In this document: positions 36,119 to 46,764 of the stretch, in pieces
Position numbering within the stretch: position 1 is the stretch's first letter
Layout of the letters: every line of letters starts with the position of its first letter
Source: a virus
Taxonomy: Duplodnaviria > Caudoviricetes
Length of the DNA stretch: 48,823 nucleotides
IMG/VR virus record: IMGVR_UViG_3300005286_000036
Coordinates: 1 to 48,823 of that record
Direction: 5' to 3' (one strand)
Translations under genes and position numbers: made by a program
Notes under the pieces: model-generated
What the model saw: only the letters and a program-made list of their open reading frames with translations
Told to the model about the DNA's origin: nothing
Databases searched by the model: none

Positions 36119-36883
36119 ATGACCATCACCACGACCGGCGGTGCCGGGCTTTATATCGGCGGGACGACCGCCATTGATTTTACCACCGACCAGTCCGCGC
36201 TCGACGCCTTCGAGGCGATCGACAACTGGGTGAAAATCGGCGAAATCGAAGACCTGGGCGAGATTGGCGATCAGTCCGCCGACGTGACCTTCAATTCGCT
36301 TGGTGCGAACCGTGTTCGTCACCTCAAGGGCTCGCGTGACGCCGGCACCATGACGGTGGTCACTGGCGACGATCCGCAGGACGTTGGCCAGCAGGCGCTT
36401 CGCGCTGCCGAAAAGACCAAGTTCAACTACAATTTCAAGATCGTCTATGAGGACGCGCCCGACGCGAGCAGCACCGACAGCGTGGACTATTTCCGCGCCC
36501 TGGTCATGTCGGCTCGCAAGAACAACGGCACCGCCGACAACGTGATGCGCCGCACCTTCGCGCTGGGCATCAACAGCCCGGTCATCACGGTGGACAGCGA
36601 TACTGTTGCCACGCTGACCATGGTTCCGGCCGCCGGCGCCCTGACAGGTGGCACTGAAGGCGTGGCCTATACTGAAACCATCTCGGTTTCGAATGAAATC
36701 GGGCCGCCGAGCTTTGCCGTGACGGCCGGAGCGCTGCCGGCCGGCGTGACGCTCGCAGCCGCGACCGGCGTTCTGTCCGGTACCCCGACCACGGCCGGGG
36801 CCTACAGCTTCACCATCACCGCCACCGATGCTTACGGCAATAGCGGCAGCGCCGCCTACACCCTGGCCGTAGCCTCGCCGTAA
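36119..36883 (+). CDS. Major tail tube protein with C-terminal Ig-like domain
   Basis: IGEIEDLGEIG, KGSRDAG; Ig-like LPAGVTL..ATGVLSGTPT..G.YSFTITATD. Confidence 0.88.
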   Translation: MTITTTGGAGLYIGGTTAIDFTTDQSALDAFEAIDNWVKIGEIEDLGEIGDQSADVTFNSLGANRVRHLKGSRDAGTMTVVTGDDPQDVGQQALRAAEKTKFNYNFKIVYEDAPDASSTDSVDYFRALVMSARKNNGTADNVMRRTFALGINSPVITVDSDTVATLTMVPAAGALTGGTEGVAYTETISVSNEIGPPSFAVTAGALPAGVTLAAATGVLSGTPTTAGAYSFTITATDAYGNSGSAAYTLAVASP

Positions 36884-36979
36884 CCAGACCCGGCCCGACA
36901 GCCGGCTTCGCACGTCGCTTAGGCGACCAGCGGGAGCGTGTCGGCGCTCCCGCGCCCTTCCGACAAAGGATAGACCACT

Positions 36980-37384
36980 ATGGACCTTGCAACCCTCGAG
37001 CCGACTGCCGACAGCGTGCCGGTGCCTCTTCGCCACCCCACCACCAACGAGCGCTTGACCAGCGATGAAGGCGCCCCGATCACGATCAGCATCGTGGGTA
37101 TGGACAGCGAGCAGTTTCGCACCCGTCATCGCGCTATCATCAATCGCCGTCTGAACGCTGGGAAGAAGGTGAAGGTCACTGCCGAAGAGATCGAGGCCGA
37201 ATCCATCGACACGATCGCCGCCTGCATCACTGGCTGGCAGTATGTGGAACTGGACGGCAAGATCCTTGAATTTTCCAGGGCCAACGCCAAGACGTTGCTG
37301 ACCCGGCTGCCGTGGCTTCGCGAACAGCTCGACGAGGCCATTGCTGACCGTGCAAATTTCTTGAAGACCTCGCCGACGACCTGA
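36980..37384 (+). CDS. Tail assembly chaperone (G-like)
   Basis: LRHPTT, I.IVGMDS..F, ITGW, PWLREQ..RANF. Confidence 0.85.
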   Translation: MDLATLEPTADSVPVPLRHPTTNERLTSDEGAPITISIVGMDSEQFRTRHRAIINRRLNAGKKVKVTAEEIEAESIDTIAACITGWQYVELDGKILEFSRANAKTLLTRLPWLREQLDEAIADRANFLKTSPTT

Positions 37385-37779
37385 TTTCGTTTGCGAGGTC
37401 GGCTTTTGCCCAACGCCGACCGAACGAGGAACCACCCGAGCCGCCGCTTGATACGGCCCATATCTGGGCATGGTTCCTCGATCTTCACGCCGCCCGGTCG
37501 TCCGGCATGGCGGCCAATCCCATCAGCTTCACCGAGATTGACGCCTACTGCCGGCTGACGCGCACGGTCATGACGCCATGGGACATAGGGCTGATCCGTC
37601 AGATCGACGCCATTGCGCTTGCGCCTGCCGCAGGGAAGGGCGCTCAGCGACCGAGGCCCGGAGAAGGTGTCGGACGGCCGCCAGCGAGCCCCGCTGACGT
37701 GGCAGAGGCCAAGCAAATCGTCCGGGGCATCGCCAAGGATCGCCGCGTCGTCAAGCGCAGGCCAAAACCCAGACTATAG
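37354..37779 (+). CDS. Tail assembly chaperone C-terminal extension via -1 frameshift (GT-like)
   Basis: In-frame slippery A AAT TTC at 37354-37360; the -1 frame is open and reads HIWAWFLDL..RSSGMAANPISFTEIDAY. Confidence 0.8.
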   Translation, partial: KFLEDLADDLISFARSAFAQRRPNEEPPEPPLDTAHIWAWFLDLHAARSSGMAANPISFTEIDAYCRLTRTVMTPWDIGLIRQIDAIALAPAAGKGAQRPRPGEGVGRPPASPADVAEAKQIVRGIAKDRRVVKRRPKPRL

Positions 37780-37790
37780 GAGCGCACACC

Positions 37791-40031
37791 ATGGACCTGG
37801 CCCGCCTTGGCGTCGAAATCTATGAGAAAGGCATCAAGGCCACTACGGAAGACCTGCGCGCTTTCGAGGGCCAGGCCAAGAAGGCGGAAACGGCCACTGC
37901 GCTACTGATGAAAGCGGCGGGGCTATTGGGCGCCGTGTTCAGCGTCACCAAGCTGATCGACTATACGAACCGCTGGACGGACCTCAATAGTCGTATCGTC
38001 ATCGCCACCGGATCGATCTCAGCCGGCGCAGCGACGATGGATCGCTTGTCCGCGATGGCCCGTCGCACATATTCCAGCCTTGAGCTGACGGCTGAAAGCT
38101 TCCTGCGCAACTCCACGGCAATGCGTGACCTGGGCTATTCCACGAACCAGACGCTCGACTTCGTGGAATCCATCAACAACGCGCTGGTGGTGTCCGGTGC
38201 CAAGGGCGAGCGCGCCGAGAGCGTCATGAATGCCTTGGGCAAGGCCATGGCGCTGGGCAAGCTATCCGGCGATGAGCTCAACACCGTCATCGCATCTGGT
38301 GGGCGCATCGCCGAGGCGCTGGCCGATAGCATGGGTGTGACGACGGTCCAACTTCGAAAGCTGGGCCAGGAAGGCAAGATCACCGGACAAGCGATCTATG
38401 AGGGGCTGACCGAGCAACTGGAGACGCTGCGCGCCGAAGCCGACTCCATGCCGGCGACAATCGGCGACGCCTTCGTGCTGCTCAACAACTCGATCATGAA
38501 GACAGTCGGAACGCTCGACCAGATGACGGGAGCGTCTAGCAAGGTTGCCGAAGGCATCATCTGGGTCGCCGACAATCTGGAGATGTTCGCGCCGATTCTC
38601 TCGGGCGTCGCTGGGGTGATCGCTGTCGCGCTGATCCCGGCCTTGGCGTCGGCCACCGCTGCAACATGGGCGCTAACCGCTGCGCTGCTCGCCAATCCAC
38701 TGACGTGGGTGGCTCTCGCCGTGGGCGCTGTTGTGGCAGCAGCCGTCCTGCTGATCCAGCGCATGGGCGGCGTGGAGGAAGCGTTCCTCACTGTGCAGAC
38801 TATCGCGATGGACGTGTGGGAGCGCATCAAGGCAGGCGGCCAGTCGCTTGCGGACGTGATGTCCGGCGTGGCGCTGATGCTTCAGGGTGCATTCACGCGA
38901 GCCTTTGCCAACATTGCACAGGGCTTCGCCGGTCTTGTTTCCAGCATGGGCGGAGCCGCAGGAATGTTCGGGCTCGACGCCGCTGGCGCTGCCGAGTTTG
39001 CTAAGGGGCTTCATACCCAGGCAGCGGCCTATGAGGCGGGGTCGCAGATCGCGTTCGGCAATGCCGGAAGAAATTGGGGCAGGGCCACCGGACCCGGCGC
39101 GGCGATGGATAATGTTGGCGTCGGGGCCTCGTGGGGCGGTGTGCAGGATATGTTCGGCCCTGGCGCCACTGGTCTCGACGCACCAGGTGGCGCCGGTGGG
39201 GCAGGCGGGGGCAGCGGCCCTGCTGCGAAGGCCGACGAGTATGCCAAACTGACCGAATCCATCCTGGAAAACATCGAGGCTCTGAAGATCGAGGCGGAGA
39301 CTCTTGGCCGGACCGATGTTGAGGCCACCAAGCTGGCCTCGACAAAGGAATTGATGCGCGCCGCTGAAGAGGCCGGACGCCCCCTCACCGAGGAACTGAT
39401 TGGCGACATCAACGCCATGGCGACGGCCTATGCCGAGGCCGAGCAGATCGTTGCCGGGGTGCAGCTCACGGTCGGCAATCCCGAACCCTGGGAGGTTATG
39501 CGCGAAGAACTGGCAAGTCTCGATGCGGCGTTGGCAGCCGGCGCCATATCCTGGGACCAGTATAACGCCGCCGTTATGCGCTCCATGGCTGGTGCGGCGA
39601 ATTCGACGCTTGGAGCCATGGGCCAGATTTCTGGCGCCTTGGCGCAAGCATTCGAGGGGAACAAAGCCTTCGCCGTCGCGAATGCCATCATCAATACCGC
39701 CGAGGGCGTTACCAAGGCTCTGGCTCAGGGCGGCATGTTTGCATTTCCGATCGCGGCCGCGCTGGCCGTCGCTGGTGCGGCACAGGTCGCCACCATCCTG
39801 AGCGCCAGTCCGGGAGGCGGCACTTCGGTTCGGGCACCGTCTTCGTCGGCGCCTCCGATGCAGAGCGCTCCGCAGCGCCAGCAGCAGGATCGGCCACCGG
39901 AGCGCATGGATATCACCCTGCGCGGGCTCGATAAGAGCGCCATGTACAGCGGCGAGAACCTCGAAGCCTTCCTGCGCGCCCTTGAGGAGCGCTCGGCAGA
40001 CGGTCGCATCCTAAACATCAAGGTTGTCTGA
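37791..40031 (+). CDS. Tape measure protein
   Basis: 746 aa Ala/Gly-rich, LGKLSGDELNTV motif, ANPLTWV TM region. Confidence 0.92.
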   Translation: MDLARLGVEIYEKGIKATTEDLRAFEGQAKKAETATALLMKAAGLLGAVFSVTKLIDYTNRWTDLNSRIVIATGSISAGAATMDRLSAMARRTYSSLELTAESFLRNSTAMRDLGYSTNQTLDFVESINNALVVSGAKGERAESVMNALGKAMALGKLSGDELNTVIASGGRIAEALADSMGVTTVQLRKLGQEGKITGQAIYEGLTEQLETLRAEADSMPATIGDAFVLLNNSIMKTVGTLDQMTGASSKVAEGIIWVADNLEMFAPILSGVAGVIAVALIPALASATAATWALTAALLANPLTWVALAVGAVVAAAVLLIQRMGGVEEAFLTVQTIAMDVWERIKAGGQSLADVMSGVALMLQGAFTRAFANIAQGFAGLVSSMGGAAGMFGLDAAGAAEFAKGLHTQAAAYEAGSQIAFGNAGRNWGRATGPGAAMDNVGVGASWGGVQDMFGPGATGLDAPGGAGGAGGGSGPAAKADEYAKLTESILENIEALKIEAETLGRTDVEATKLASTKELMRAAEEAGRPLTEELIGDINAMATAYAEAEQIVAGVQLTVGNPEPWEVMREELASLDAALAAGAISWDQYNAAVMRSMAGAANSTLGAMGQISGALAQAFEGNKAFAVANAIINTAEGVTKALAQGGMFAFPIAAALAVAGAAQVATILSASPGGGTSVRAPSSSAPPMQSAPQRQQQDRPPERMDITLRGLDKSAMYSGENLEAFLRALEERSADGRILNIKVV

Positions 40032-40840
40032 TGACGCTGATCCTGACACCCGCCTTCGTGGTTACAGGCGATGATCGCGATCCGACCGCTCCGGTGTTGG
40101 GTTGGACGAACTACGTCACGGTCCAGGGTGTCAGTGCAACCTACGAAACAGGTGAAAATCCCGCCACGAACCTGGCAAACCCAGCCACGAACCTGATCTG
40201 GCGTTCGACAAGCTCAGATGTCCAATACGTGACCTTCCTTATCGATGAAGAGGAGACGATCGACTATATCGGAATCGCCCGGCACAACTTTGGCTCAGGC
40301 GGGACCATCGTTGAGGTCGAAATCAGGCTCTTTGCCGATGACGAATGGTCCACGCTGGTCGAAGGCTTCGTCGTTGCCACCGACGCGCCGATCCTGGTGC
40401 GCTTTCTGAACACCTCGGTCAATGCGCTGCGCCTCAAGCTCACGCCACTGGCCGTGGTGCCAGAAATGGCCGTTGTGCACGTTGGCCGCATGCTGGTCAT
40501 GCCCATCGGTATACCTGTCGGACATACCCCACTTATCGACGGCGTCACCACGCGCACCGCTTCGGGCAATTCTGAAGCAGGGGACTATCTGGGCTCCATC
40601 ATGCTCAGCCAGAAACTGAGTACCTCGGTGGCGTTCCAGTACATCGAGGATAGCTGGTACCGCCTCAACCTTCGCCCGCTGGTCAAGGCGGGCCGTGGAA
40701 CCCCGTTCTTCTACTCCGGGCTGCCCAACAGTCACCCGGAAGAAGCGGGCTATGCGTGGCTCATCAGCGATCCTAGGCCGTCTTTCATCGAGGCCGGCTG
40801 GGTGAACATCACACTCGATATCGGCGGTATCGTGGAATGA
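40031..40840 (+). CDS. Distal tail protein
   Basis: Follows TMP; DYIGIARHN, PFFY..P. Confidence 0.7.
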   Translation: MTLILTPAFVVTGDDRDPTAPVLGWTNYVTVQGVSATYETGENPATNLANPATNLIWRSTSSDVQYVTFLIDEEETIDYIGIARHNFGSGGTIVEVEIRLFADDEWSTLVEGFVVATDAPILVRFLNTSVNALRLKLTPLAVVPEMAVVHVGRMLVMPIGIPVGHTPLIDGVTTRTASGNSEAGDYLGSIMLSQKLSTSVAFQYIEDSWYRLNLRPLVKAGRGTPFFYSGLPNSHPEEAGYAWLISDPRPSFIEAGWVNITLDIGGIVE

Positions 40841-43242
40841 TCCGGAAGCGTGTCCAGTATATCGAGATCGACGTCGAGACATGCTCGCTTGACTATGGCG
40901 TGGCGCCTTGCACGGCGGCGCTCGGTGTCACTGGCGACATCAAGTGCACCAACACGGCAGCGACGTGTCAGGCGCGAGATATCTATGCACCGCAGATCGT
41001 GACCATGCGCTTTGCTGTGGATGTGGGTGGCTACCTGCCTCGGGACATCACGGCCATCCCCAACATAGAAAGCCACGACGATATCGCCTTCACGGCCGGC
41101 CAGATATCGCTGGGTCAAACGCTGGGCACCAGATCATCGCTGAAGGTCACGTTCCGAGACCATCCGCATTCGGATGCCGGGGCTGGTTATGACCCATATG
41201 CGGCGGAGCGAGGCTACGATCCGTTCAGGCGCGGCAGCCACTGGGGCAAGTTCCGCGCGCGACAGCCCTATCTTCAGGGGCGGCCACTGCGATGGATACA
41301 GGGTTTTGCCGATCAGGCTCTGGCGGACATGGATGTGCGTCATTTTTTCATCGAGAGTTTCAACGGGCCCGGCCTGGACGGACGCTATTCCCTCACAGCC
41401 AAGGACATCCTGAAGTTCCTTGACGATGACCGTGCGCTGGCGCCGCGGCCTAGCAATGGCGAGTTGGCGACGGTCTCTCTCGCCCCCTCCGACATCGCGG
41501 CCACATTGCAACCTGCTGGTATCGGGGACGCGGAATATCAGACCGAAGGCTATCTGACCATTGGCGGCGCCGAGATTGTCGGTTTCACTCGTGTGGGCGA
41601 TGCCCTGACCATCGTTCGCGCTCGGCTGGGCACTGATGCCGGTGATCATGACCGCGGCGACCGCATTCAAACGCTCCTGCAATACGACCAGCAGAAGGTC
41701 TCGGACATTCTATTTGACCTTATGACCGAGTATGCAGGCGTTGACCCATCCTATATCGACCTCGATGATTGGCATGATGAGGATGACGCCTATATCGGCC
41801 GCCTTTACACCGGCAACATCGCCGAGCCGACCGCGGTTCGGAAACTGGTCAACGAGCTGATCGAGCAGGTGGGCCTGGCCATCTGGTGGGACGATGTTCA
41901 CCAGAAGGTCAGGTTGCAGGCCTTGCGCCGTATTCTCACTGGCGCGGGGAGGATCACGCCCAGCAACGTTGATGAGGGCACTCTTACAATCCGGGAGCAG
42001 CCGACCAAGCGGCTTTCGGAAATGATGATCAACTACGGTCTCCGGAGTCCGCTGCATCCGCTGACCGAGTTCACCAGCTACCGGGAAAGTCGTTTTCTGC
42101 GCAGCGGCGTTGCCGTGGCCGACTATGGCACGCCGGCTTTCCGCGAAGTGTTTTCCCGCTGGATCGCTCGTTTCCAGACAAATACGGCTTCGCGCGTTGG
42201 CGCCATTCAGATTGGCCGGTTCCGCGATCCCCCGCGACAGTTCACATTCTCGATGTTCCGCCAAGAGGGTGGCCTGGTGCCCGAGCAGGGCGGCGGTTAT
42301 CTCCTATCGGGCTGGCAGCCGCTACAGGACGAAACCGGCGCACCAAATGATGTGCCGGTCCAGATTACGCGGCTGACCCCGTTGCCGGATCGGTTCCAGA
42401 TCGAGGCGGAAGAAATGACCTTCGCCGACCTTAACCTCGGCGATATCGGCGATCCTGATCCGCCGCCGCCGCCGGATAGTCCGGTGGAGCGCATTATCAT
42501 TCTGGGCGACGCGGCCAACGTCAACCTGCGCGCGGTCTACAACTCGATCTACGCCGACTTCAGCACTGCAACCGAAGAAGACAAGCTCCCGATCACCTTC
42601 ATCGTCCCGTCGGGGCGGCACATCCGCTCCACAACTGGAGGGCCGGCGCTTACCACCGGATCGTTCCCGACCAACATCGTCACCCTGAAACTCATCGTAC
42701 GCGGACGGGTGCAAGGCAGAGGTGGCACGGGTGGGCGGGGCGGCACACAAAACGGATTCTCCCAAGCGCAGCCTGGGGCTCCCGGTGGCATCGCGCTGCA
42801 AGCTACCGTCGCACTCGATATCGAAATGCAGGCTGGTGAAATCTGGGGCGGCGGTGGCGGCGGTGGTGGCGCGGCAACGCGCGGCGGCTGGACCTTTAAC
42901 ACTCGCGGCGGTGGCGGCGGTGGTGGCGCGGGCAATGCTCCTGGTGGTGGCGGATTTGGGCCCGACCAAGCTGCTGAGGGTTCGTCCGGGACGGCCACGG
43001 CTGGCGGTCCAGGTGGCTATTCATGGACCAAGGATGCCTGGTGGGAATGGGAATACCCCTTTCCAAGCGTTTCCGGTGGTACTGGCGGCGCTCCCGGTGC
43101 GGCAGGCCTACCTGGAACGGCTCAGTCGGGCTCGCCAGTTGGTGCGCCCGGTGCCGGCGGGGCGGCTGGTCCGTCCATCAAAGGCATAGGGTTCGTGGTA
43201 ATCACGGGCTCGGGGTCAATTCTCGGCCCGCAAATCGTATAG
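40837..43242 (+). CDS. Tail tip/hub protein with C-terminal glycine-rich domain
   Basis: CSL.YG..PC.A..KC.NT..TC N-terminus, AKDILK, WWD; poly-Gly motifs at the C-terminus. Confidence 0.8.
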   Translation: MIRKRVQYIEIDVETCSLDYGVAPCTAALGVTGDIKCTNTAATCQARDIYAPQIVTMRFAVDVGGYLPRDITAIPNIESHDDIAFTAGQISLGQTLGTRSSLKVTFRDHPHSDAGAGYDPYAAERGYDPFRRGSHWGKFRARQPYLQGRPLRWIQGFADQALADMDVRHFFIESFNGPGLDGRYSLTAKDILKFLDDDRALAPRPSNGELATVSLAPSDIAATLQPAGIGDAEYQTEGYLTIGGAEIVGFTRVGDALTIVRARLGTDAGDHDRGDRIQTLLQYDQQKVSDILFDLMTEYAGVDPSYIDLDDWHDEDDAYIGRLYTGNIAEPTAVRKLVNELIEQVGLAIWWDDVHQKVRLQALRRILTGAGRITPSNVDEGTLTIREQPTKRLSEMMINYGLRSPLHPLTEFTSYRESRFLRSGVAVADYGTPAFREVFSRWIARFQTNTASRVGAIQIGRFRDPPRQFTFSMFRQEGGLVPEQGGGYLLSGWQPLQDETGAPNDVPVQITRLTPLPDRFQIEAEEMTFADLNLGDIGDPDPPPPPDSPVERIIILGDAANVNLRAVYNSIYADFSTATEEDKLPITFIVPSGRHIRSTTGGPALTTGSFPTNIVTLKLIVRGRVQGRGGTGGRGGTQNGFSQAQPGAPGGIALQATVALDIEMQAGEIWGGGGGGGGAATRGGWTFNTRGGGGGGGAGNAPGGGGFGPDQAAEGSSGTATAGGPGGYSWTKDAWWEWEYPFPSVSGGTGGAPGAAGLPGTAQSGSPVGAPGAGGAAGPSIKGIGFVVITGSGSILGPQIV

Positions 43243-43280
43243 CGCCGGTCGGCGCATCCCTTCATGACTGGAGACTGAAT

Positions 43281-46200
43281 ATGGCCCTTGCACGCTACGA
43301 AGGCGTTGCTCAGGACAGAGCCGGCAACGTGATCCCATTCGCCACCATCGAGGTGCGCAAGGATCAGCCTGGTCGACCTGTCGTGCCGCTGTTCTCGGAT
43401 AGGAACGGAACGGTCGGGATCGGCAACCCCATCACGGCCAATGAATTGGGCCAGTTCGGCTTCCATGTCTTGGGCGGAGTTTACTACATTCGGGTCTTCA
43501 CGGGTCCGACGCAGGCACCGTTTCAGCAGTTCACCAAGCGCTATGTGGCCGTTGGCACAGCCGCCGAGCGCGATGTCGAGGAGCTTGCGTCGTCGCTCAA
43601 TGCAGGCATGGGGATCTTCGCCACCTTCGCGGGGCTGGAACTGTTCACGCCCGAGGCCGATAACGTCGGCGCACGGGTGATCAACGATCCGAATCCTGCG
43701 CTGAACGGCGACTATCTCTACGTCACCGATACATGGGTGAAGCAGCGAGGTCTGCCAGACACTCTGGCGCGCATGGATATCGTTGGCGGCACAGCGGATG
43801 CGATCGAGGCCGCCATCGCGCCTGGCGTCGATCCTGCCGCTGTTGTGATGCTTCTCCTGACCCCTGCGGCGGCGAACACCGGCCCCGTCACAATCAACGG
43901 CATCGACCTGGTCGCTTTCGATGGGGCGCCGCTCGAAGCCGGCTGGCTTGAGGCAGGTGTGCCTGTGCTCCTGTTTGCCAATGGCGACGGTGACTATCAG
44001 CTCACGAGCGACGTTCGTTTCCAATCGCTTGCCGCCGAGACCTTCGCTGCTCGGGATGAGACGATCACTGCTCGCGACAAGGCAGAGGAATGGGCGGAAA
44101 ACCCCGAGGATGTGGCGGTTGAGCCGGGCCAGTTCTCAGCCAAGCATCATGCGATCAAGGCGGCTGCATCGGATGTCGCCGCGGCCGGCAGCGCCTCGAC
44201 GGCCACAACCCAGGCGGGGTTGGCGGTCGACGCGAAGAATGCTGCAGAAGCTCTTTATGGGGACCTTGCAGCGGTTGAGCAGGCAAGGGACGAATCTCAG
44301 GCCGCGGCCATTGTTTCGCAGGCCGCCCGTGATGCTGCCATTGCCGCGGCGGAGGCCTCCGGCGATGTCGTATTCTACGACAACAAGGCCACTGCAACCG
44401 CCGCTGTTGGCGGGCTTCCTGACCAGCAGATCGTCGAGGTGTTCAACGACGAGGACGAGGGCGGTGCCCGTACCCGCTACCGCGTCGAAAGTGGCGTGCT
44501 GGTGTTCAAGACGGTAGCCGGCATGGGTGTTGACGACGCATTTACTCCCACCTTCACCGGAGCCGTGTCGACCACAATCAGGAGCATTCTCGAGCGCGAA
44601 GTGCAGGGCCTCGGTACTGATCGGGCGACCGACAACACGTCAGTATTGGAAGCGGCATGGGCACGCGCCACCGGCACTGTGTACGACAATATCACGGGCG
44701 AATTGTCGTTCATGGACATGGCCAACTACGACATGAAGCTCCCGCCGGGGCGGTTCCTCTATACGGGCGGCGGCCTGGACTGGATCACCCGCGCGCCGAT
44801 CGCCCTCAAGGGCGCCGGCGCCCACCTGACCGAGATCGTGCTGCCCGACGACGTCTACTTCATGGACCTCGACGGCTATATCACCGCCATCGATGTGCAG
44901 GGGATCAAGTTCACCGGCGGCAAGGGCGCCTATCGCAGCACCAGCACCTCCAACAATGTGGCCGGCCGGCGCGTCTGGCGGGACTGCATCTTCTCACTCT
45001 ATACCGAATGCGCCGTCGCCGAAAACGGCGTGGACAGCCCAAACTCGGAAATTGTCGGCAATATCTTCGTTGGCAAGGGCGGTGAACCGACCATCGGCGT
45101 GGCGCTTTCCGGCTATACCGACATCACGGTCATCCGCCGCAATATGTTCCTGCGGAACAAGATCAACATCAAGCTGCAGTCGGCCATCCGGGAGGGGCAG
45201 AACGACCTGGGCCCGGGCCCTAACACCTATATCGGCGAAAACGATATGACCCGGTTCATCGGGACGGATACGCCGACCGTGAAGGTGGCCGATATCTGGA
45301 TCGAGCCAAACCCCGAGATAGCCACCAACGCGGGCTATGGCCTGGTCATCGCTTCCCAGAAGTTCGGCAACGAGAACTATGTCGACGGCCAGTACAAAAT
45401 CCTGGTCGCCGACGTGGACCGCACTGTGGGCACCGAAAATGGCTCGCAGCACACCCACAAGACCACCAAGTCGAACGGGTACCTCGGTCTTCTCACCGTG
45501 GATAATAGCAACTTCCAGTATGCCGGCAGCGAGAACTATGAGGAGCCGGCACCTCTCTACAGCTTCACCCGGCGCCTTCATGGCCTGCGCTGGAGGGAAG
45601 GCAACACGGTCACCGGCACCCCGCCGAAATTCGCCGCGGTGCAGTTCGACCCGGCGGCCGAGTATGCCGGGGAGGAGCCCATTGCTCATTCCATCGTCCA
45701 AGTCGGTCCGATGGAGTATGACAGCACCCGCCGCTACCGCGCCGTATCCGATCCGGGCATGGCGCTGGTGGTCGATCCGGCGCATCTGGTCCAGTCGGAC
45801 CTCTCCGTGCCGGCGGTCCATCACGCCGGCTACGATCCGGCCTATGTGCAACTGCTGGCTTCGGGCACCGCGCATAGTTCGGGTGGCGTCAGCAACGCCA
45901 CGCGCAGCGGCTCCCAGCCCGACATTCTGGGCGGCACCAATGCGACCGAGCTGACCTTCTCGACCGATACCGGCTTCCTCTATTTCCAGCCGGACAAGGC
46001 CAGCGTGGACAATGCGCGACTGGCTTGGTTCGAGGTGGACCTGAAGCAGGCTGCGAGCCAGGCCATTCTGGGCGTCATGATCGGCGTCCGCTCCGGCGAT
46101 GGCTGGTGGATCGATCGCCGTGCCGTCCTCGTGCCGCCGAGTTGGCAGACTTTCCGCTTTCCGCTGGTGCTACCGCCGATCGGCGCAGCGCAATACCGCT

Positions 46201-46595
46201 TCCAGATCATGCCGATCGCGGCCGACTGGGAAACCGGTGTGGCGGAAAAGGTGCTAGTCGGCCGGCCCAAGCTCTATCACGCCCGCAACCCGGTCAATAA
46301 CGGGCATCTGGAAATGCGCGGCTCCGGACAGTGGAATGGCGAGCACGGTATCCTGGGCACGGCGATGCGCTTCTTCGTCGATGCCGGGAACCGCCTGCGG
46401 CTCAAGTTCAGCTCGGCCGCGCCGACCAGCGACACGGATGGTGCCATTGTGATGACTTACCAGGTCGTGACCACGGGAACGCGCCCGACGACAAACCTTT
46501 TCCTCGGGCGCTTCGTGCTCGACCAAACCATCGGCAAATGGATCTGGTGGAACGGCACGAACTGGTCCGACACCATGGGTAATTCGGGCGTTTAG
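43281..46595 (+). CDS. Tail fibre / tailspike (probable beta-helix)
   Basis: About 1100 aa; N-terminal anchor, Ala-rich coiled coil, TDNT..L..A / LPPG.F beta-helix start, C-terminal RP...DQTIGKWIWWNG. Confidence 0.8.
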   Translation: MALARYEGVAQDRAGNVIPFATIEVRKDQPGRPVVPLFSDRNGTVGIGNPITANELGQFGFHVLGGVYYIRVFTGPTQAPFQQFTKRYVAVGTAAERDVEELASSLNAGMGIFATFAGLELFTPEADNVGARVINDPNPALNGDYLYVTDTWVKQRGLPDTLARMDIVGGTADAIEAAIAPGVDPAAVVMLLLTPAAANTGPVTINGIDLVAFDGAPLEAGWLEAGVPVLLFANGDGDYQLTSDVRFQSLAAETFAARDETITARDKAEEWAENPEDVAVEPGQFSAKHHAIKAAASDVAAAGSASTATTQAGLAVDAKNAAEALYGDLAAVEQARDESQAAAIVSQAARDAAIAAAEASGDVVFYDNKATATAAVGGLPDQQIVEVFNDEDEGGARTRYRVESGVLVFKTVAGMGVDDAFTPTFTGAVSTTIRSILEREVQGLGTDRATDNTSVLEAAWARATGTVYDNITGELSFMDMANYDMKLPPGRFLYTGGGLDWITRAPIALKGAGAHLTEIVLPDDVYFMDLDGYITAIDVQGIKFTGGKGAYRSTSTSNNVAGRRVWRDCIFSLYTECAVAENGVDSPNSEIVGNIFVGKGGEPTIGVALSGYTDITVIRRNMFLRNKINIKLQSAIREGQNDLGPGPNTYIGENDMTRFIGTDTPTVKVADIWIEPNPEIATNAGYGLVIASQKFGNENYVDGQYKILVADVDRTVGTENGSQHTHKTTKSNGYLGLLTVDNSNFQYAGSENYEEPAPLYSFTRRLHGLRWREGNTVTGTPPKFAAVQFDPAAEYAGEEPIAHSIVQVGPMEYDSTRRYRAVSDPGMALVVDPAHLVQSDLSVPAVHHAGYDPAYVQLLASGTAHSSGGVSNATRSGSQPDILGGTNATELTFSTDTGFLYFQPDKASVDNARLAWFEVDLKQAASQAILGVMIGVRSGDGWWIDRRAVLVPPSWQTFRFPLVLPPIGAAQYRFQIMPIAADWETGVAEKVLVGRPKLYHARNPVNNGHLEMRGSGQWNGEHGILGTAMRFFVDAGNRLRLKFSSAAPTSDTDGAIVMTYQVVTTGTRPTTNLFLGRFVLDQTIGKWIWWNGTNWSDTMGNSGV

Positions 46596-46764
46596 CCTCG
46601 CCTCTGCTGCTTCTTCCGCTGGAAAGCCAGCGGGATGGCATGCAGGGCCGTTAGGTGCGTTTTTCACAAGAGGCCTGTCGGCATTCCCTTATTTAGGCGG
46701 CATCGCTAAGCAGCAACGACGGTTCCAAATAGCGCATGCCGATCGTGATTGGCCTCTATCTGTA

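Noticed and set aside
36098-37471. 457-aa minus-strand ORF
   Set aside because: Shadow of the tail tube and chaperone genes
42840-42930. GGC/GGT tandem repeats
   Set aside because: Explained by polyglycine coding
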